A DNA stretch of 64,000 bases from an uncultured virus (IMG/VR IMGVR_UViG_3300042502_001806) (Duplodnaviria > Heunggongvirae > Uroviricota > Caudoviricetes), in IMG/VR virus record IMGVR_UViG_3300042502_001806; one strand, 5' to 3'. Below the pieces are notes generated by a model, which made no database searches, was not told where the DNA came from, and saw nothing but the letters and a program-made list of their open reading frames with translations. A program made the translations under genes and the position numbers. Shown piece after piece: positions 26,264 to 36,892 of the stretch. Numbering within the stretch: the stretch's first letter is position 1; every line of letters starts with the position of its first letter.

Positions 26264-27232
26264 ATGAAAAGTAAAATTTTAATAACTGGCGGTTTGGGGT
26301 TTATAGGAACACACTGCGTAGAAAAATGGGAAGGTTTAGGATATGAGATAACTATAATAGATAATTTATCATCTAATGCTTTATCACCGGATAATGATAT
26401 ATTCAAAAATTGTAATGTAATTATTGAAGATATTTTAAATATTAATGTAAAAAATCTAGATAAGTTTGATCGTATTTTACACTTGGCTTCTCCTGTTGGT
26501 CCTGTTGGTGTTTTAAAACATTCTGGTAAAATGGCATCTATTATTATAGATGATATTTATTGGGCTATAAATGCGGCTAAGCACAACAATTGTCCTTTAG
26601 TATTTGTCTCAACTTCTGAAATATATGGTCACAGAGATGAAAAAACTTACTTAAAAGAAAATGATCCTAAAATATTAGTTGGTGATTTTACAGTAAGAAA
26701 CGAATATGCTATTGCTAAGTTACTATCTGAAATTGCTATTGTCAACACTGGAAAAATTGATGATAACTTTAAGTATCAAATAATTAGACCTTTCAATGTT
26801 ACTGGTAGGTATCAATTGCCTGATGGTGGATTTGTTATTCCTAGATTTATGGACCAAGCAATTAAAAATGAAGATATTACTGTTTATTATGATGGTTTAC
26901 AATTAAGAGCATTTACTTGGGTAAAAGATATTGTTGATGGTATTTATTTAACATCAGTTGCTCCAGAAGATAATTGGAATCAAGAGTGGAATATTGGTAA
27001 TGAAAAAAACGAAGAAACTATACTTTATTTAGCTGAAAAGGTAAAAGAAATATCTGGTAGTAAATCTAACATTATTAATATTGATCCAGTTAAATTACAT
27101 GGTAAATTATTTTCTGAAGCTCCTGAAAAAATTCCTAACAGTGAGAAAATTAAATCTTTACTAGGTTGGGAACCTACAAAAAATGTTGATGAAATAATAG
27201 AAGAAGTTGTTGAATTTTTTAAAAATAAATAA
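26264..27232 (+). CDS. NAD-dependent epimerase/dehydratase (UDP-glucuronate decarboxylase-like)
   Basis: ITGGLGFIG, HLASPVG, STSEIYG, YAIAK, RPFN. Confidence 0.9.
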   Translation: MKSKILITGGLGFIGTHCVEKWEGLGYEITIIDNLSSNALSPDNDIFKNCNVIIEDILNINVKNLDKFDRILHLASPVGPVGVLKHSGKMASIIIDDIYWAINAAKHNNCPLVFVSTSEIYGHRDEKTYLKENDPKILVGDFTVRNEYAIAKLLSEIAIVNTGKIDDNFKYQIIRPFNVTGRYQLPDGGFVIPRFMDQAIKNEDITVYYDGLQLRAFTWVKDIVDGIYLTSVAPEDNWNQEWNIGNEKNEETILYLAEKVKEISGSKSNIINIDPVKLHGKLFSEAPEKIPNSEKIKSLLGWEPTKNVDEIIEEVVEFFKNK

Positions 27233-27236
27233 AAAT

Positions 27237-27953
27237 ATGAATAAAATTGGAATCATAGGTTATGGTGAGATAGGATCTAGCTTACATAATGTATATAAAG
27301 AGTTTGAATATGATGTTAAAATCATAGATCCTTTTATAGGCTTAAATGATGACCTATCAAATTGTGACTTGTTAAATATATGTATTCCTTTTGTAGATGG
27401 ATTTGTAGATGTTGTTAATGAGTATATTAAATTATTAAATCCAAAATTAACAGTTATACACTCAACTATTGAGCCTGGTACAACTTATAAAATAAATGGT
27501 AGAGTCTGTCATTCTCCAGTTAGAGGATTACATCCAAATTTATCATTAGGTATTAAAACTTTTATCAAGTATATAAGTTCCGAGGATATGGATAATTCGA
27601 TAGAATATCAAAACCATTTGAAAGAATTAAATATAAAATCATTTATTTGTAAAAATACAAAAACTAGTGAATATGCTAAATTACTAGATACTACTTATTA
27701 TGGATTGTGTATAGCTTTCCATAATGAGGTTGCTAGTATTTGCGAAAAAGAAGGTTTAGATTTTGATGAGGTTATGACTAATTATAATCAATCCTACAAT
27801 GATGGTTATCTTTCTTTAGGAAAAGATAATGTTGTTAGACCTGTTCTATATAGCTCTGGTAAAATTGGAGGACATTGTGTTATACCAAATGCTAAAATAC
27901 TAAATAAACATTTAAAATCTGAATTAATAGATGGTATATTAAAATACGAATAA
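27237..27953 (+). CDS. Short UDP-glucose/GDP-mannose dehydrogenase-family protein
   Basis: IGIIGYGEIG, HSTIEPGTT, SEYAK, GGHCV; lacks the C-terminal UDP-binding domain. Confidence 0.8.
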   Translation: MNKIGIIGYGEIGSSLHNVYKEFEYDVKIIDPFIGLNDDLSNCDLLNICIPFVDGFVDVVNEYIKLLNPKLTVIHSTIEPGTTYKINGRVCHSPVRGLHPNLSLGIKTFIKYISSEDMDNSIEYQNHLKELNIKSFICKNTKTSEYAKLLDTTYYGLCIAFHNEVASICEKEGLDFDEVMTNYNQSYNDGYLSLGKDNVVRPVLYSSGKIGGHCVIPNAKILNKHLKSELIDGILKYE

Positions 27954-27955
27954 CT

Positions 27956-28852
27956 ATGAAAATACTTTATATAACAACAGTAAACCCTAGAGCACAAGGA
28001 GATTTTCAAGAAGTAATGATACTTAATGGTTTAAGATCTATTATTGGTGACTCTTGTGTAGATTTTCCTAGAAAAAAAGTAATGTATGGTGATTATAGCG
28101 AAACTCCAAAAACAGAGTTACATGGTTCAGGATTTACATTATATACAATACCATTAAATGAAATAAAAGATGAAGTTAGAAATCTAGAAAATATTGACTT
28201 TGTTTTATATGGTGTTACTAACGCTTATGGTATTACAGATTATCCAGAGATAAATAATCTAACTAATAATGTTTGGTATATTGATGGACATGATCATGAT
28301 TATATAACTAAAAAACCTTGCTTTAAGAGAGAGTTGTTTAATGATGAAGAAGGAGTTTATCCAACAGGTTTTGGAATACCTCATTATCAATTAAGACCTA
28401 TTAATTTGAATAAGACTCAACTTTTTCAGAAGACCGCTCCATATCATTCTCTTTTTAAAGAAGCAACTGACTTAGGAACAAGATTTCATCACATATTTAA
28501 TAACGAAGAAGAATACTTTGATGATATGTCAAACTCTTGGTTTGGATTAACTTCTAAAAAAGGTGGTTGGGATAGTTTAAGACATTATGAAATAATGGCA
28601 TCTGGTTCTCTTTTACTATTTAGGGATTATGATAAAAAATCAAAACAATGCTCACCTCAGAATCTCCCATGTTTTTCATATTCAAGTATGGAAGAATTAG
28701 AGATTTTAATGAATAGATTGGTTGTTGATAACAAACCAACTGATGAGTATCTAGAGATGTTGTTTTTACAAAGAGAGTGGTTATTAAAATATGGAACAAC
28801 AGAAGCTAGAGCCTTATCAATAATTAAAACAATGATAAAAAATAAAAAATAA
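27956..28852 (+). CDS. Putative GT-B glycosyltransferase
   Basis: IDGHD, FKREL, KKGGWDSLRHYEI. Confidence 0.6.
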   Translation: MKILYITTVNPRAQGDFQEVMILNGLRSIIGDSCVDFPRKKVMYGDYSETPKTELHGSGFTLYTIPLNEIKDEVRNLENIDFVLYGVTNAYGITDYPEINNLTNNVWYIDGHDHDYITKKPCFKRELFNDEEGVYPTGFGIPHYQLRPINLNKTQLFQKTAPYHSLFKEATDLGTRFHHIFNNEEEYFDDMSNSWFGLTSKKGGWDSLRHYEIMASGSLLLFRDYDKKSKQCSPQNLPCFSYSSMEELEILMNRLVVDNKPTDEYLEMLFLQREWLLKYGTTEARALSIIKTMIKNKK

Positions 28853-28853
28853 A

Positions 28854-29855
28854 ATGCCAAAAAAAGTAGTAGCATTTCACTCATATCAGTTAGGTGAAAG
28901 AGGAACAGAGATTCATATGTATAATCTCGCAAAGTATAATAGAGATATATTGGGCAATGAATCAATAATTATATCAACATCATCAAGACCAACTCCAACA
29001 CTATCAATGTTTGAAAAAGAATTCAAAACATTTTTATATCCAGATGTTTGGATTCCAGATGGTGTTAATTTGAATTTAAGAACTTCAATTGAAAAAATAT
29101 GCGAAGAAAATAAGATTACTCATTTTTGGGCTACTAAAGGTGGTGAAAGTGATGGTATAATGCCAACTAATGCTAAAAGTATAGCGGCTTGTATATTTAG
29201 AATGGATGAACCACACGGTGATATTTATTCTGGTATCTGTGAATATATTTCCAATAAACACGGTGGTGGATTTCCATATGTTTATCCTATAATAGAAAAA
29301 GAATTTCCGGATTACACTGATGATTTCAGGGAAGAATTAAATATTCCAAAAGAAGCTCTTGTATTTGGAAGACACGGTGGCAAAGACTCATTTAGTTTAT
29401 CTTTTGCTAAAGATGCTATTATAGACTCTCTAAATAAAAGAGACGATATTTACTTTTTATTTCTTAACACTGATGTATTTATAAATCATCCTAGAGTTAT
29501 ACATATAGGATGGTCACCTGATTTTAAATTAAAATCTAAATTTGTAAATACTTGTGATGCTATGATTCATGCTAGATATGATGGTGAAATATTTAGTCAA
29601 GCAGTGGCTGAGTTTTCAGTTAGAAATAAACCAATTTTAACCTGGAAACCAGATTTTATACCTAGTCATTATGATACAGGTCATATATGGGTATTGGGTG
29701 ATAATGCCTTCTATTATAGAGACGGAAGTGAATTAATTAATATATTAACTAGTATTTCAAAAAATGATTTTATAGGAAAAGATTGGGATGTTTACAAAGA
29801 TAAATATTCCGCAGAAAATGTAATGAGAGATTTTGATAGAATCTTCTTATCATAA
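28854..29855 (+). CDS. GT-B (GT4-like) glycosyltransferase
   Basis: ERGTE, FGRHGG, DAMIHARxDGExF...AEF...KPI. Confidence 0.75.
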   Translation: MPKKVVAFHSYQLGERGTEIHMYNLAKYNRDILGNESIIISTSSRPTPTLSMFEKEFKTFLYPDVWIPDGVNLNLRTSIEKICEENKITHFWATKGGESDGIMPTNAKSIAACIFRMDEPHGDIYSGICEYISNKHGGGFPYVYPIIEKEFPDYTDDFREELNIPKEALVFGRHGGKDSFSLSFAKDAIIDSLNKRDDIYFLFLNTDVFINHPRVIHIGWSPDFKLKSKFVNTCDAMIHARYDGEIFSQAVAEFSVRNKPILTWKPDFIPSHYDTGHIWVLGDNAFYYRDGSELINILTSISKNDFIGKDWDVYKDKYSAENVMRDFDRIFLS

Positions 29856-29872
29856 AAAAATAAATAAAAAAT

Positions 29873-30511
29873 ATGGAAATAATTGAACAAAAACATGGTG
29901 AATCAATGAACGAAGGTCATTTAGGTGGATGGGCACTAGAAGGTGATGGAGGTACATATTATCCAAATATGTGGAAATATCTATTCGATAATTATGAAAT
30001 AAAATCTCTTTTGGATATTGGCTGTGGTCGAGGATATTCAACTAAATTTTTTAAGAGTTTAGGTTGTGTTGTTAAAGGAATTGATGGTAGTATTGCTGCT
30101 AAAGAAATGACATTATTAGACGAAAATGAATTTATATCACACGATTATACAAAAGGATTTAGTGACATTCAAGAAACATTTGACTTAGGTTGGTCTTGTG
30201 AGTTTGTAGAACATGTCGAGGAACAATATATGAATAACTTTTTGAATGATTTTTCAAAATGTAAATATCTAGCAATTACATTTGCGGAAATAGGTCAGGG
30301 TGGTCACCATCATGTTAATGAAAATACTGAGGAGTATTGGATAGAAAAAATAGAAAGTTTTGGATTTAAATTCTTAAATGAAGAAACACAAATTTTAAGA
30401 AGTAAAACCATAATAGATAAAGATGAACGAAATAAGACTCCAAATGTTCCTTTTTTCATATCACACTTTATAGAAAGAGGTCTATTCTTTAGAAATAATA
30501 ATATATTGTAA
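29873..30511 (+). CDS. Class I SAM-dependent methyltransferase
   Basis: LDIGCGRG, GIDGS, EFVEH, GQGGHHHVNE. Confidence 0.88.
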   Translation: MEIIEQKHGESMNEGHLGGWALEGDGGTYYPNMWKYLFDNYEIKSLLDIGCGRGYSTKFFKSLGCVVKGIDGSIAAKEMTLLDENEFISHDYTKGFSDIQETFDLGWSCEFVEHVEEQYMNNFLNDFSKCKYLAITFAEIGQGGHHHVNENTEEYWIEKIESFGFKFLNEETQILRSKTIIDKDERNKTPNVPFFISHFIERGLFFRNNNIL

Positions 30512-30517
30512 AATAAA

Positions 30518-31207
30518 ATGATCAATCCAACACAAAAGTATGGCTTTAAAATTGAAGTAGACCAATTTGGTTATAAGTATCCAACACAGGATTTTTATGA
30601 TGTTTCAGAGATAATTCTTATTGAGAAATTTGAAAAAATTTCTCAAATTATAAAATCAATAGAAAAAAAAGAATATTGTATGATTGAATTAGGTTGTAAT
30701 CAATGTTTTTATTCAATATTTTTTCTATCAATGATTGGTAGAGAAAAAACAAAACTAATAATGGTTGAGCCTTATCAACCATTCTTAGAAAGAGGCTTCA
30801 GAAATCTAGATATAAACAATATTGATTTAGAAATAATTAATAGATGTGTAGGTAGAAAAAAATGGATAGGACATTCACCTAATTATGAATTTGATGTTGA
30901 CTTAATAAGTATTCAAGAGTTAATAGAAAAACATGAGATTGTCGATGTTTTTCATTGTGATATAGATGGTAGTGAAGTTGAAATGTTGGAACAAAATAAA
31001 GAGGTTTTTTTTGATTATAGATTCAGAGTAATTTTTTTACTGACTCATGGTATTGGTTCAGAAACAAGTACACATGAAAAAGTTAAATATTTTTTTAACC
31101 AAACTGAATATGAATTAATTTATGAGTGTAGTGAGGATATAATTGGTTCAGATACTCTTCTTATTTACAGCATTGATAAAAAAATAACAGAATTGTATAA
31201 AAAATGA
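30518..31207 (+). CDS. FkbM-like methyltransferase
   Basis: IELGC, VEP, HCDIDGSE. Confidence 0.75.
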   Translation: MINPTQKYGFKIEVDQFGYKYPTQDFYDVSEIILIEKFEKISQIIKSIEKKEYCMIELGCNQCFYSIFFLSMIGREKTKLIMVEPYQPFLERGFRNLDINNIDLEIINRCVGRKKWIGHSPNYEFDVDLISIQELIEKHEIVDVFHCDIDGSEVEMLEQNKEVFFDYRFRVIFLLTHGIGSETSTHEKVKYFFNQTEYELIYECSEDIIGSDTLLIYSIDKKITELYKK

Positions 31208-32157
31208 TAATAACAGCAACTTGTCCTTTAAGAATATCTTTAGTTGGTGGTTCCACTGACCATCCTGACTTTTTAAAAAAGTATGGAAGTGGAATGGTTA
31301 TTAGTTTTCCTTGTGATTTGAAAACTTATATTACAATACATAAAGATGTTTTTGGTATCAATTCAATTGGTAAGAGATATATTTTGAATTACTCTAAAAG
31401 AGAAGAAGTAGATTCTATTGGTGATATTAAAAATGAATTAATTAAAAATTGCTTTGATAAATTAGATGTGTCTCAAATAAATCTATTTTTAACATCAGAT
31501 GTTTATTCTAATGGATCAGGTCTTGCTTCTTCTTCAGCTTATTTAATGTCATTAATAAAAGCAATTTACACTTTAAGAAATGAAAAGATAACTGAAAGTG
31601 AAATATGTAAATTGGCTATGGAAATAGAAAAGACATTCAATCCTTTAGTTGGTCAACAAGATTTCTATGGTAGTTTAGGTGGTCTTAAAAGAATTAAATT
31701 CTATGACAATGATAATCCAGAGATTAAATATTTAGATACTAAAATATTTAATCAAATGGATATGTATCTAATCTATACTGGTATAACTAGAAGTTCTACA
31801 AATATATTACAAACAATAAATATTGATAATAGTGTTCCTTTATTAGAAGATGTTGTTAACTTGGAAAAATCAATAAATGAATTAGATATTGATTTATTTA
31901 ATAAGACTATAAGAAAAACTTGGATTAACAAAAAGAATACATCATCCTTAATATGCTCAAATGAAAACCTAATGAAGTTAGATGATTATATTTCAAATGA
32001 TAAAAATGTACTTTCTCATAAACTATTGGGTGCTGGTAATGGTGGATACTTTTTGATATTTACTGATAAAGATAAAGATGATGAGGTTTATAAAAACTAT
32101 CAAAATGTTAAGAAAATAAAAATATCGGAAATCGGTATCCAATCGAATAAAATTTAA
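31204..32157 (+). CDS. hddA: GHMP kinase, D-glycero-alpha-D-manno-heptose-7-phosphate kinase-like
   Basis: PLRISLVGGSTD, GSGLASSS, GQQD, KLLGAGNGG. Confidence 0.82.
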   Translation: MIITATCPLRISLVGGSTDHPDFLKKYGSGMVISFPCDLKTYITIHKDVFGINSIGKRYILNYSKREEVDSIGDIKNELIKNCFDKLDVSQINLFLTSDVYSNGSGLASSSAYLMSLIKAIYTLRNEKITESEICKLAMEIEKTFNPLVGQQDFYGSLGGLKRIKFYDNDNPEIKYLDTKIFNQMDMYLIYTGITRSSTNILQTINIDNSVPLLEDVVNLEKSINELDIDLFNKTIRKTWINKKNTSSLICSNENLMKLDDYISNDKNVLSHKLLGAGNGGYFLIFTDKDKDDEVYKNYQNVKKIKISEIGIQSNKI

Positions 32158-32167
32158 TATAATATAA

Positions 32168-32662
32168 ATGAATATAGAAGATTTAAAAAGATGTCTGAAT
32201 GATGTTAGTAATAATGATTTAGACAAACTAAGAGATATAATTTTATCAAAAGAGAAAATTATTATTTTAGGTAATGGTGGTAGTAATGCTATATCATCAC
32301 ATATCTCACAGGATTATACAAAAGCTCTTGGTAAAAAAGCTTTATCATTTTCTGATGCTTCTAGACTTACTTGTTATATAAATGATTATGGTATGGAAAA
32401 TGCTTACTCTAAATTTATAGAACATTTTGCTGAACCAGAAACTTTAATCATATTAATATCATCTTCTGGAAATTCTGATAATATTGTAAATGCTGCTAAT
32501 TATTGTATTGGTAAACATGATATTATTACACTTTCTGGCTTTAATAAAAATAATAAATTGAATTCATATTCAGATAAATCACTGTTAAGTTTCTGGGTTG
32601 ATAGTAGTGAATACGGTGTTGTTGAAAGCATACACGAAATAATACTACACTCATTAATGTAA
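32168..32662 (+). CDS. gmhA: SIS-domain phosphoheptose isomerase-like protein
   Basis: GNGGS, NDYG, ISSSGNSxN, YGVVExxH. Confidence 0.82.
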   Translation: MNIEDLKRCLNDVSNNDLDKLRDIILSKEKIIILGNGGSNAISSHISQDYTKALGKKALSFSDASRLTCYINDYGMENAYSKFIEHFAEPETLIILISSSGNSDNIVNAANYCIGKHDIITLSGFNKNNKLNSYSDKSLLSFWVDSSEYGVVESIHEIILHSLM

Positions 32663-32664
32663 TT

Positions 32665-33396
32665 ATGAAAATATACTGCTTTGATTTAGACGAAACACTT
32701 TGTAATACTTTTAATAAAGATTATAAAAATTCAACTCCTATAACAGAAATGATTGATAGGGTTAATTATTTATATGAACAAGGTAATATAATAAAAATAT
32801 TTACAGCCAGAGGAATGGGTAAGTTCTCAGGCGATGTTGATAAAGTCAATGATGCTTACTACGAACTAACTAAAAGTCAATTAGATAATTGGGGTGTTAG
32901 ATATCATGAACTACACTTGGGAAAACAATCATTTGATTATTTCATTGATGATAAAAACTTATCAATTAATCAGTTCAAAAATTTAATACAACCTAAAGTT
33001 GGATTTATAGCTGGTGCTTTTGATGTTATACATCCTGGTTATATCGATATGTTTAAGTTTATGAAAAAAAATTGTGATTTTCTTTTAGTTGGCTTACATA
33101 AAGACCCATCTTTAGAAAGAAATACTAAATTAAAACCAGTTTTGAGTGTTGATGAAAGAAAAGAAATGCTTTTATCATTAAGATATATTGATGATGTTAT
33201 TGAATACCAAACAGAATCTGATTTAATAGAAATATTAAATAATAGTAAAATTGATGTTAGATTTTTAGGAGATGATTACATAGATAAACATTATACAGGC
33301 AAAGGACTTCCTATTGAAATAAAGTTCATAGATAGAAGTCATGGTTGGTCAACAACTAAGTATAAAACATCTATAAGTAATAGTTTAAAAAATTAA
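32665..33396 (+). CDS. HAD phosphatase fused to a cytidylyltransferase-like domain
   Basis: FDLDETL, FTARG, IDDK; then GAFDVIHPG, LGDDY, RxHGWSTT. Confidence 0.85.
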   Translation: MKIYCFDLDETLCNTFNKDYKNSTPITEMIDRVNYLYEQGNIIKIFTARGMGKFSGDVDKVNDAYYELTKSQLDNWGVRYHELHLGKQSFDYFIDDKNLSINQFKNLIQPKVGFIAGAFDVIHPGYIDMFKFMKKNCDFLLVGLHKDPSLERNTKLKPVLSVDERKEMLLSLRYIDDVIEYQTESDLIEILNNSKIDVRFLGDDYIDKHYTGKGLPIEIKFIDRSHGWSTTKYKTSISNSLKN

Positions 33397-33403
33397 ATAT
33401 CTA

Positions 33404-34306
33404 ATGAAAGTAATTGTAACAGGTGGTTGTGGATTTATTGGTAGTCACATAGTTGATAAACTAGTTGAATTGAAACATCAAGTATTAGTAATAGATGATT
33501 TATCGGCTTCTGAAAATGAACAATTTTATTTTAATGAAAAAGCAGAATATCATAAAATTGATATTTGTGAAAAAGAAAAAATAGAATCATTATTTGATGG
33601 TGTTGATTATGTATTTCATCTAGCAGCAGAATCTAGAATTCAACCTGCTATAAAAAATCCATCAAGAGCTTATAATGTTAATGTTATAGGAACTCTTAAT
33701 ATACTTGAGCTATCTAGAAAATATAACATTAAGAGAATAATGTATTCATCGACATCTTCAGTTTATGGATTAACAAATGAATTACCAACATCAGAGGGTA
33801 CGAAGATTGATTGTTTGAATCCATATGCTCATTCAAAATATACAGGAGAAGAGTTGTTCAGACAATATTGGAAAGAGTATAAAGTTGATAGTGTTGTATT
33901 TAGATATTTTAATGTATTTGGTGAAAGATCACCAATTAAAGGACAATATGCTCCAGTTGTTGGTATATTTTTAAATCAATTAAAAAATAATACAGATTTA
34001 ACAATTGTTGGTGATGGTTTGAAAAAAAGAGATTTTATTTACGTTGGTGATATAGTTACTGCTAATATAGATGCTATGATATATGAAGGTGATTTAGAAT
34101 CAAAAACAATTAACATAGGAAGTGGTAGCAATATAACGATAAAAGAAATTGCTAATCTGATAAGTAATAATCAAGTACATATAGATAATAGACCAGGTGA
34201 AGCTGAAAATACATTAGCCGATACTACAAATGCTAAAGATATTTTAAATTTTAATCCAAAGACTGATGTTAAAGAATGGATAGAAAAAAATACTGAAAAA
34301 AAATAA
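33404..34306 (+). CDS. NAD-dependent epimerase (UDP-glucose 4-epimerase-like)
   Basis: VTGGCGFIGS, STSSVYG, YAHSK, RYFNVFG, RDFIYV. Confidence 0.92.
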   Translation: MKVIVTGGCGFIGSHIVDKLVELKHQVLVIDDLSASENEQFYFNEKAEYHKIDICEKEKIESLFDGVDYVFHLAAESRIQPAIKNPSRAYNVNVIGTLNILELSRKYNIKRIMYSSTSSVYGLTNELPTSEGTKIDCLNPYAHSKYTGEELFRQYWKEYKVDSVVFRYFNVFGERSPIKGQYAPVVGIFLNQLKNNTDLTIVGDGLKKRDFIYVGDIVTANIDAMIYEGDLESKTINIGSGSNITIKEIANLISNNQVHIDNRPGEAENTLADTTNAKDILNFNPKTDVKEWIEKNTEKK

Positions 34307-34314
34307 AATCTAAT

Positions 34315-35412
34315 ATGATGTATGATTATTTAATAGTTGGTGCTGGTTTATTTGGATCAACATTCGCCTATGAAATGACAAAGGCTGGTAAAAAATGTCT
34401 TATCATAGAAAGTAAAGAGCACATTGCTGGTAACTGTTATACTGAAAATAAAGATGGTATAAACATACATACTTATGGCCCTCATATATTTCACACTAAC
34501 GATAAAGGTATTTGGGAATGGGTTAATCAATTCACTGAATTTAACAATTACAGACACTGTGTTAGAGTTTCTTATGATGATAAGATGTATTCCTTCCCAA
34601 TCAATTTAATGACCTTAAATCAACTCTGGGATGTTAAAACACCTGAAGAAGCAAAGACTAAGTTAAAGTCAGTTTCAATACCAAATGATAATCCTGAAAA
34701 CCTAGAAGAGTGGATTCTTTCACAAGTAGGTGAGGATATTTATAAAACTTTTGTTAAGGGTTATACAACTAAACAATGGGGCAAATCACCAAAAGAACTT
34801 CCGACATTTATTATTAAAAGACTTCCTATAAGAACTAGTTTTGATGATAACTACTACTTTGATAAGTATCAAGGTATTCCAATTGGTGGTTATACAAAAA
34901 TGTTTGAAAAAATGTTAGAAGGCATTGAAGTTAGAACAGGAGTTGATTACTTTTTAGATAAAGAGTATTATGATTCTATTGCTAAGAAAGTGGTCTTCAC
35001 TGGTAAGATTGATGAGTTTTTTAATTATAAATTTGGTGAATTAGAATATAGAACTCTTTCATTTGTTAATGAAAGATTAGATGTTGAAGATTATCAAGGA
35101 TGTGCTCAAGTTAATTATGGTGACGAGAATGTTCCTTATACAAGAATCACAGAACACAAACACTTTGAAAAAAATGATTCTAAAGTAACTTGGATATCAA
35201 AAGAGTATTCAATGAAATATAAAAGAGGTGATATTCCGTATTATCCTATTAATGATGAAAAGAATAATAAAGTATATAGCCAGTATAAAGAACTTTCTAA
35301 TCAATATCCGAATATAATATTTGGTGGAAGATTATCTGAATATAAATATTACGACATGCATCAGATAATTGGATCGGCTTTAACAAAAGTAAAAAAAGAA
35401 TTAAATCAATGA
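34315..35412 (+). CDS. glf: UDP-galactopyranose mutase
   Basis: IVGAGLFG, YGPHIFHT, YQGIPIGGY, PYYP, GRLSEYKYYDM. Confidence 0.96.
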   Translation: MMYDYLIVGAGLFGSTFAYEMTKAGKKCLIIESKEHIAGNCYTENKDGINIHTYGPHIFHTNDKGIWEWVNQFTEFNNYRHCVRVSYDDKMYSFPINLMTLNQLWDVKTPEEAKTKLKSVSIPNDNPENLEEWILSQVGEDIYKTFVKGYTTKQWGKSPKELPTFIIKRLPIRTSFDDNYYFDKYQGIPIGGYTKMFEKMLEGIEVRTGVDYFLDKEYYDSIAKKVVFTGKIDEFFNYKFGELEYRTLSFVNERLDVEDYQGCAQVNYGDENVPYTRITEHKHFEKNDSKVTWISKEYSMKYKRGDIPYYPINDEKNNKVYSQYKELSNQYPNIIFGGRLSEYKYYDMHQIIGSALTKVKKELNQ

Positions 35413-36209
35413 AAAAGAAATGTGCTGTTTATACAATAGTTAAAAATGAAGATTACTTTCTTCCAAAGTGGATTAAACATTTTAATAAATATTTTGACAA
35501 ATCAGATATTTATATTTTAGATCATCAGAGTGATGATGGTTCTACTTCAAATTTAGATGTTAATGTTACTAAGGTTGTTAATGATTTAGCATTTGATCAC
35601 CAATGGCTTTTAAATACTGTTGAAAGTTATCAGTCAGTTTTGTTAGAAAAATACGAGTGTGTTCTTTTTGCTGAGGTCGATGAGTTATTATACTGTACTA
35701 ATAAGCCTTTGAATGAGATGATCGATGATTTTTTAAATGACGATATCAAATATTTAACAGCTCACGGCTATGAAATAAAACAACATAATGGAGAAACACC
35801 TATTAGTGTTAACGATGAGATAATGATAAATAGAAACTATTGGTTTGAATCTTGGATGTATGGTAAAACTTTACTTTCAAAAATAAAACTAAACTGGGTT
35901 TGGGGATTTCACTACGCTAGAGTTATTAAGGAAAAATATATGTGGGATGAAAATAATATTCTTCAAAGAATTTATAAAAATAAAGAAGGTTTAGATTATG
36001 GTTTAAATTTAATTCACTTACATAGATGTGACTTTGAGTTAATGTATCAAAGACATGAGATTAGGTCTAAATGGAAACAAAAGTTTGATGGTGGTGGTAA
36101 TCATAATAGAACAAGTGATAGAAGAGTATTAGAGCAATATTTTAATGATATCCAAGGTGAAGTTGTACAAATACCTGAAGATCACAAAAAGCAACTTTAT
36201 GGAATATGA
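35409..36209 (+). CDS. GT2-like (Glyco_tranf_2_4) glycosyltransferase
   Basis: VKNExxFLxxW, DHQSDDGS, EVDE, WGFH. Confidence 0.75.
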   Translation: MKKKCAVYTIVKNEDYFLPKWIKHFNKYFDKSDIYILDHQSDDGSTSNLDVNVTKVVNDLAFDHQWLLNTVESYQSVLLEKYECVLFAEVDELLYCTNKPLNEMIDDFLNDDIKYLTAHGYEIKQHNGETPISVNDEIMINRNYWFESWMYGKTLLSKIKLNWVWGFHYARVIKEKYMWDENNILQRIYKNKEGLDYGLNLIHLHRCDFELMYQRHEIRSKWKQKFDGGGNHNRTSDRRVLEQYFNDIQGEVVQIPEDHKKQLYGI

Positions 36210-36892
36210 TAAACATTTATATTAATATAGCAATGGTTGGTTCTGTTAACCAAGTTCTTTGGGATTTACTAACAAGAATTAAACAAAGTGGATTATATGA
36301 CTCTGCTAATAAGATATATTTAGTTTTTAATGGTGATAGAAAACAACTATCATTTAATTTAGTTAGTGAAAAATATGTTATAATTGATTCTAATCCAGAT
36401 ATTTCAAAGTGTGAATTTCCAACATTAGACTTGATAAGTCAACATTGTAAAGAAGAAGATTTTAATGTTTTATACTTACATACTAAAGGCGTTACCAAAC
36501 CAGGCTATCAACAAATAATTGACTGGACTAATTTACTATCTTATTTTAATATAAATAAATGGCAAGATAGATTAAAAGATTTAGAAGATAATGATTGCTC
36601 TGGTGTTAATTTCTTTGGAAATCCAGATGATATAAATCATCATCCATCAACTTGGGGTTACGGCAAAGCTCCTTTACATTATAGTGGTAATTTTTGGTGG
36701 TCTAAGTCATCTCATATTAAAAACTTACCTAATATGTCAAATTGGTTACCAGATGGTAACTATTTGAGATGGAGAGTAATGGCTGAGATGTGGCTTTGTC
36801 AAATACCGGATGGTAAATACAGTTGTGCTTGGCAATCAAATATAAATCACTACCAACAAAATTATCCTAAAGAATTATATGAATCAAATTAA
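36206..36892 (+). CDS. Putative glycosyltransferase
   Basis: EFPTL, LYLHTKG, HYSGNFWW, AEMW. Confidence 0.6.
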   Translation: MINIYINIAMVGSVNQVLWDLLTRIKQSGLYDSANKIYLVFNGDRKQLSFNLVSEKYVIIDSNPDISKCEFPTLDLISQHCKEEDFNVLYLHTKGVTKPGYQQIIDWTNLLSYFNINKWQDRLKDLEDNDCSGVNFFGNPDDINHHPSTWGYGKAPLHYSGNFWWSKSSHIKNLPNMSNWLPDGNYLRWRVMAEMWLCQIPDGKYSCAWQSNINHYQQNYPKELYESN

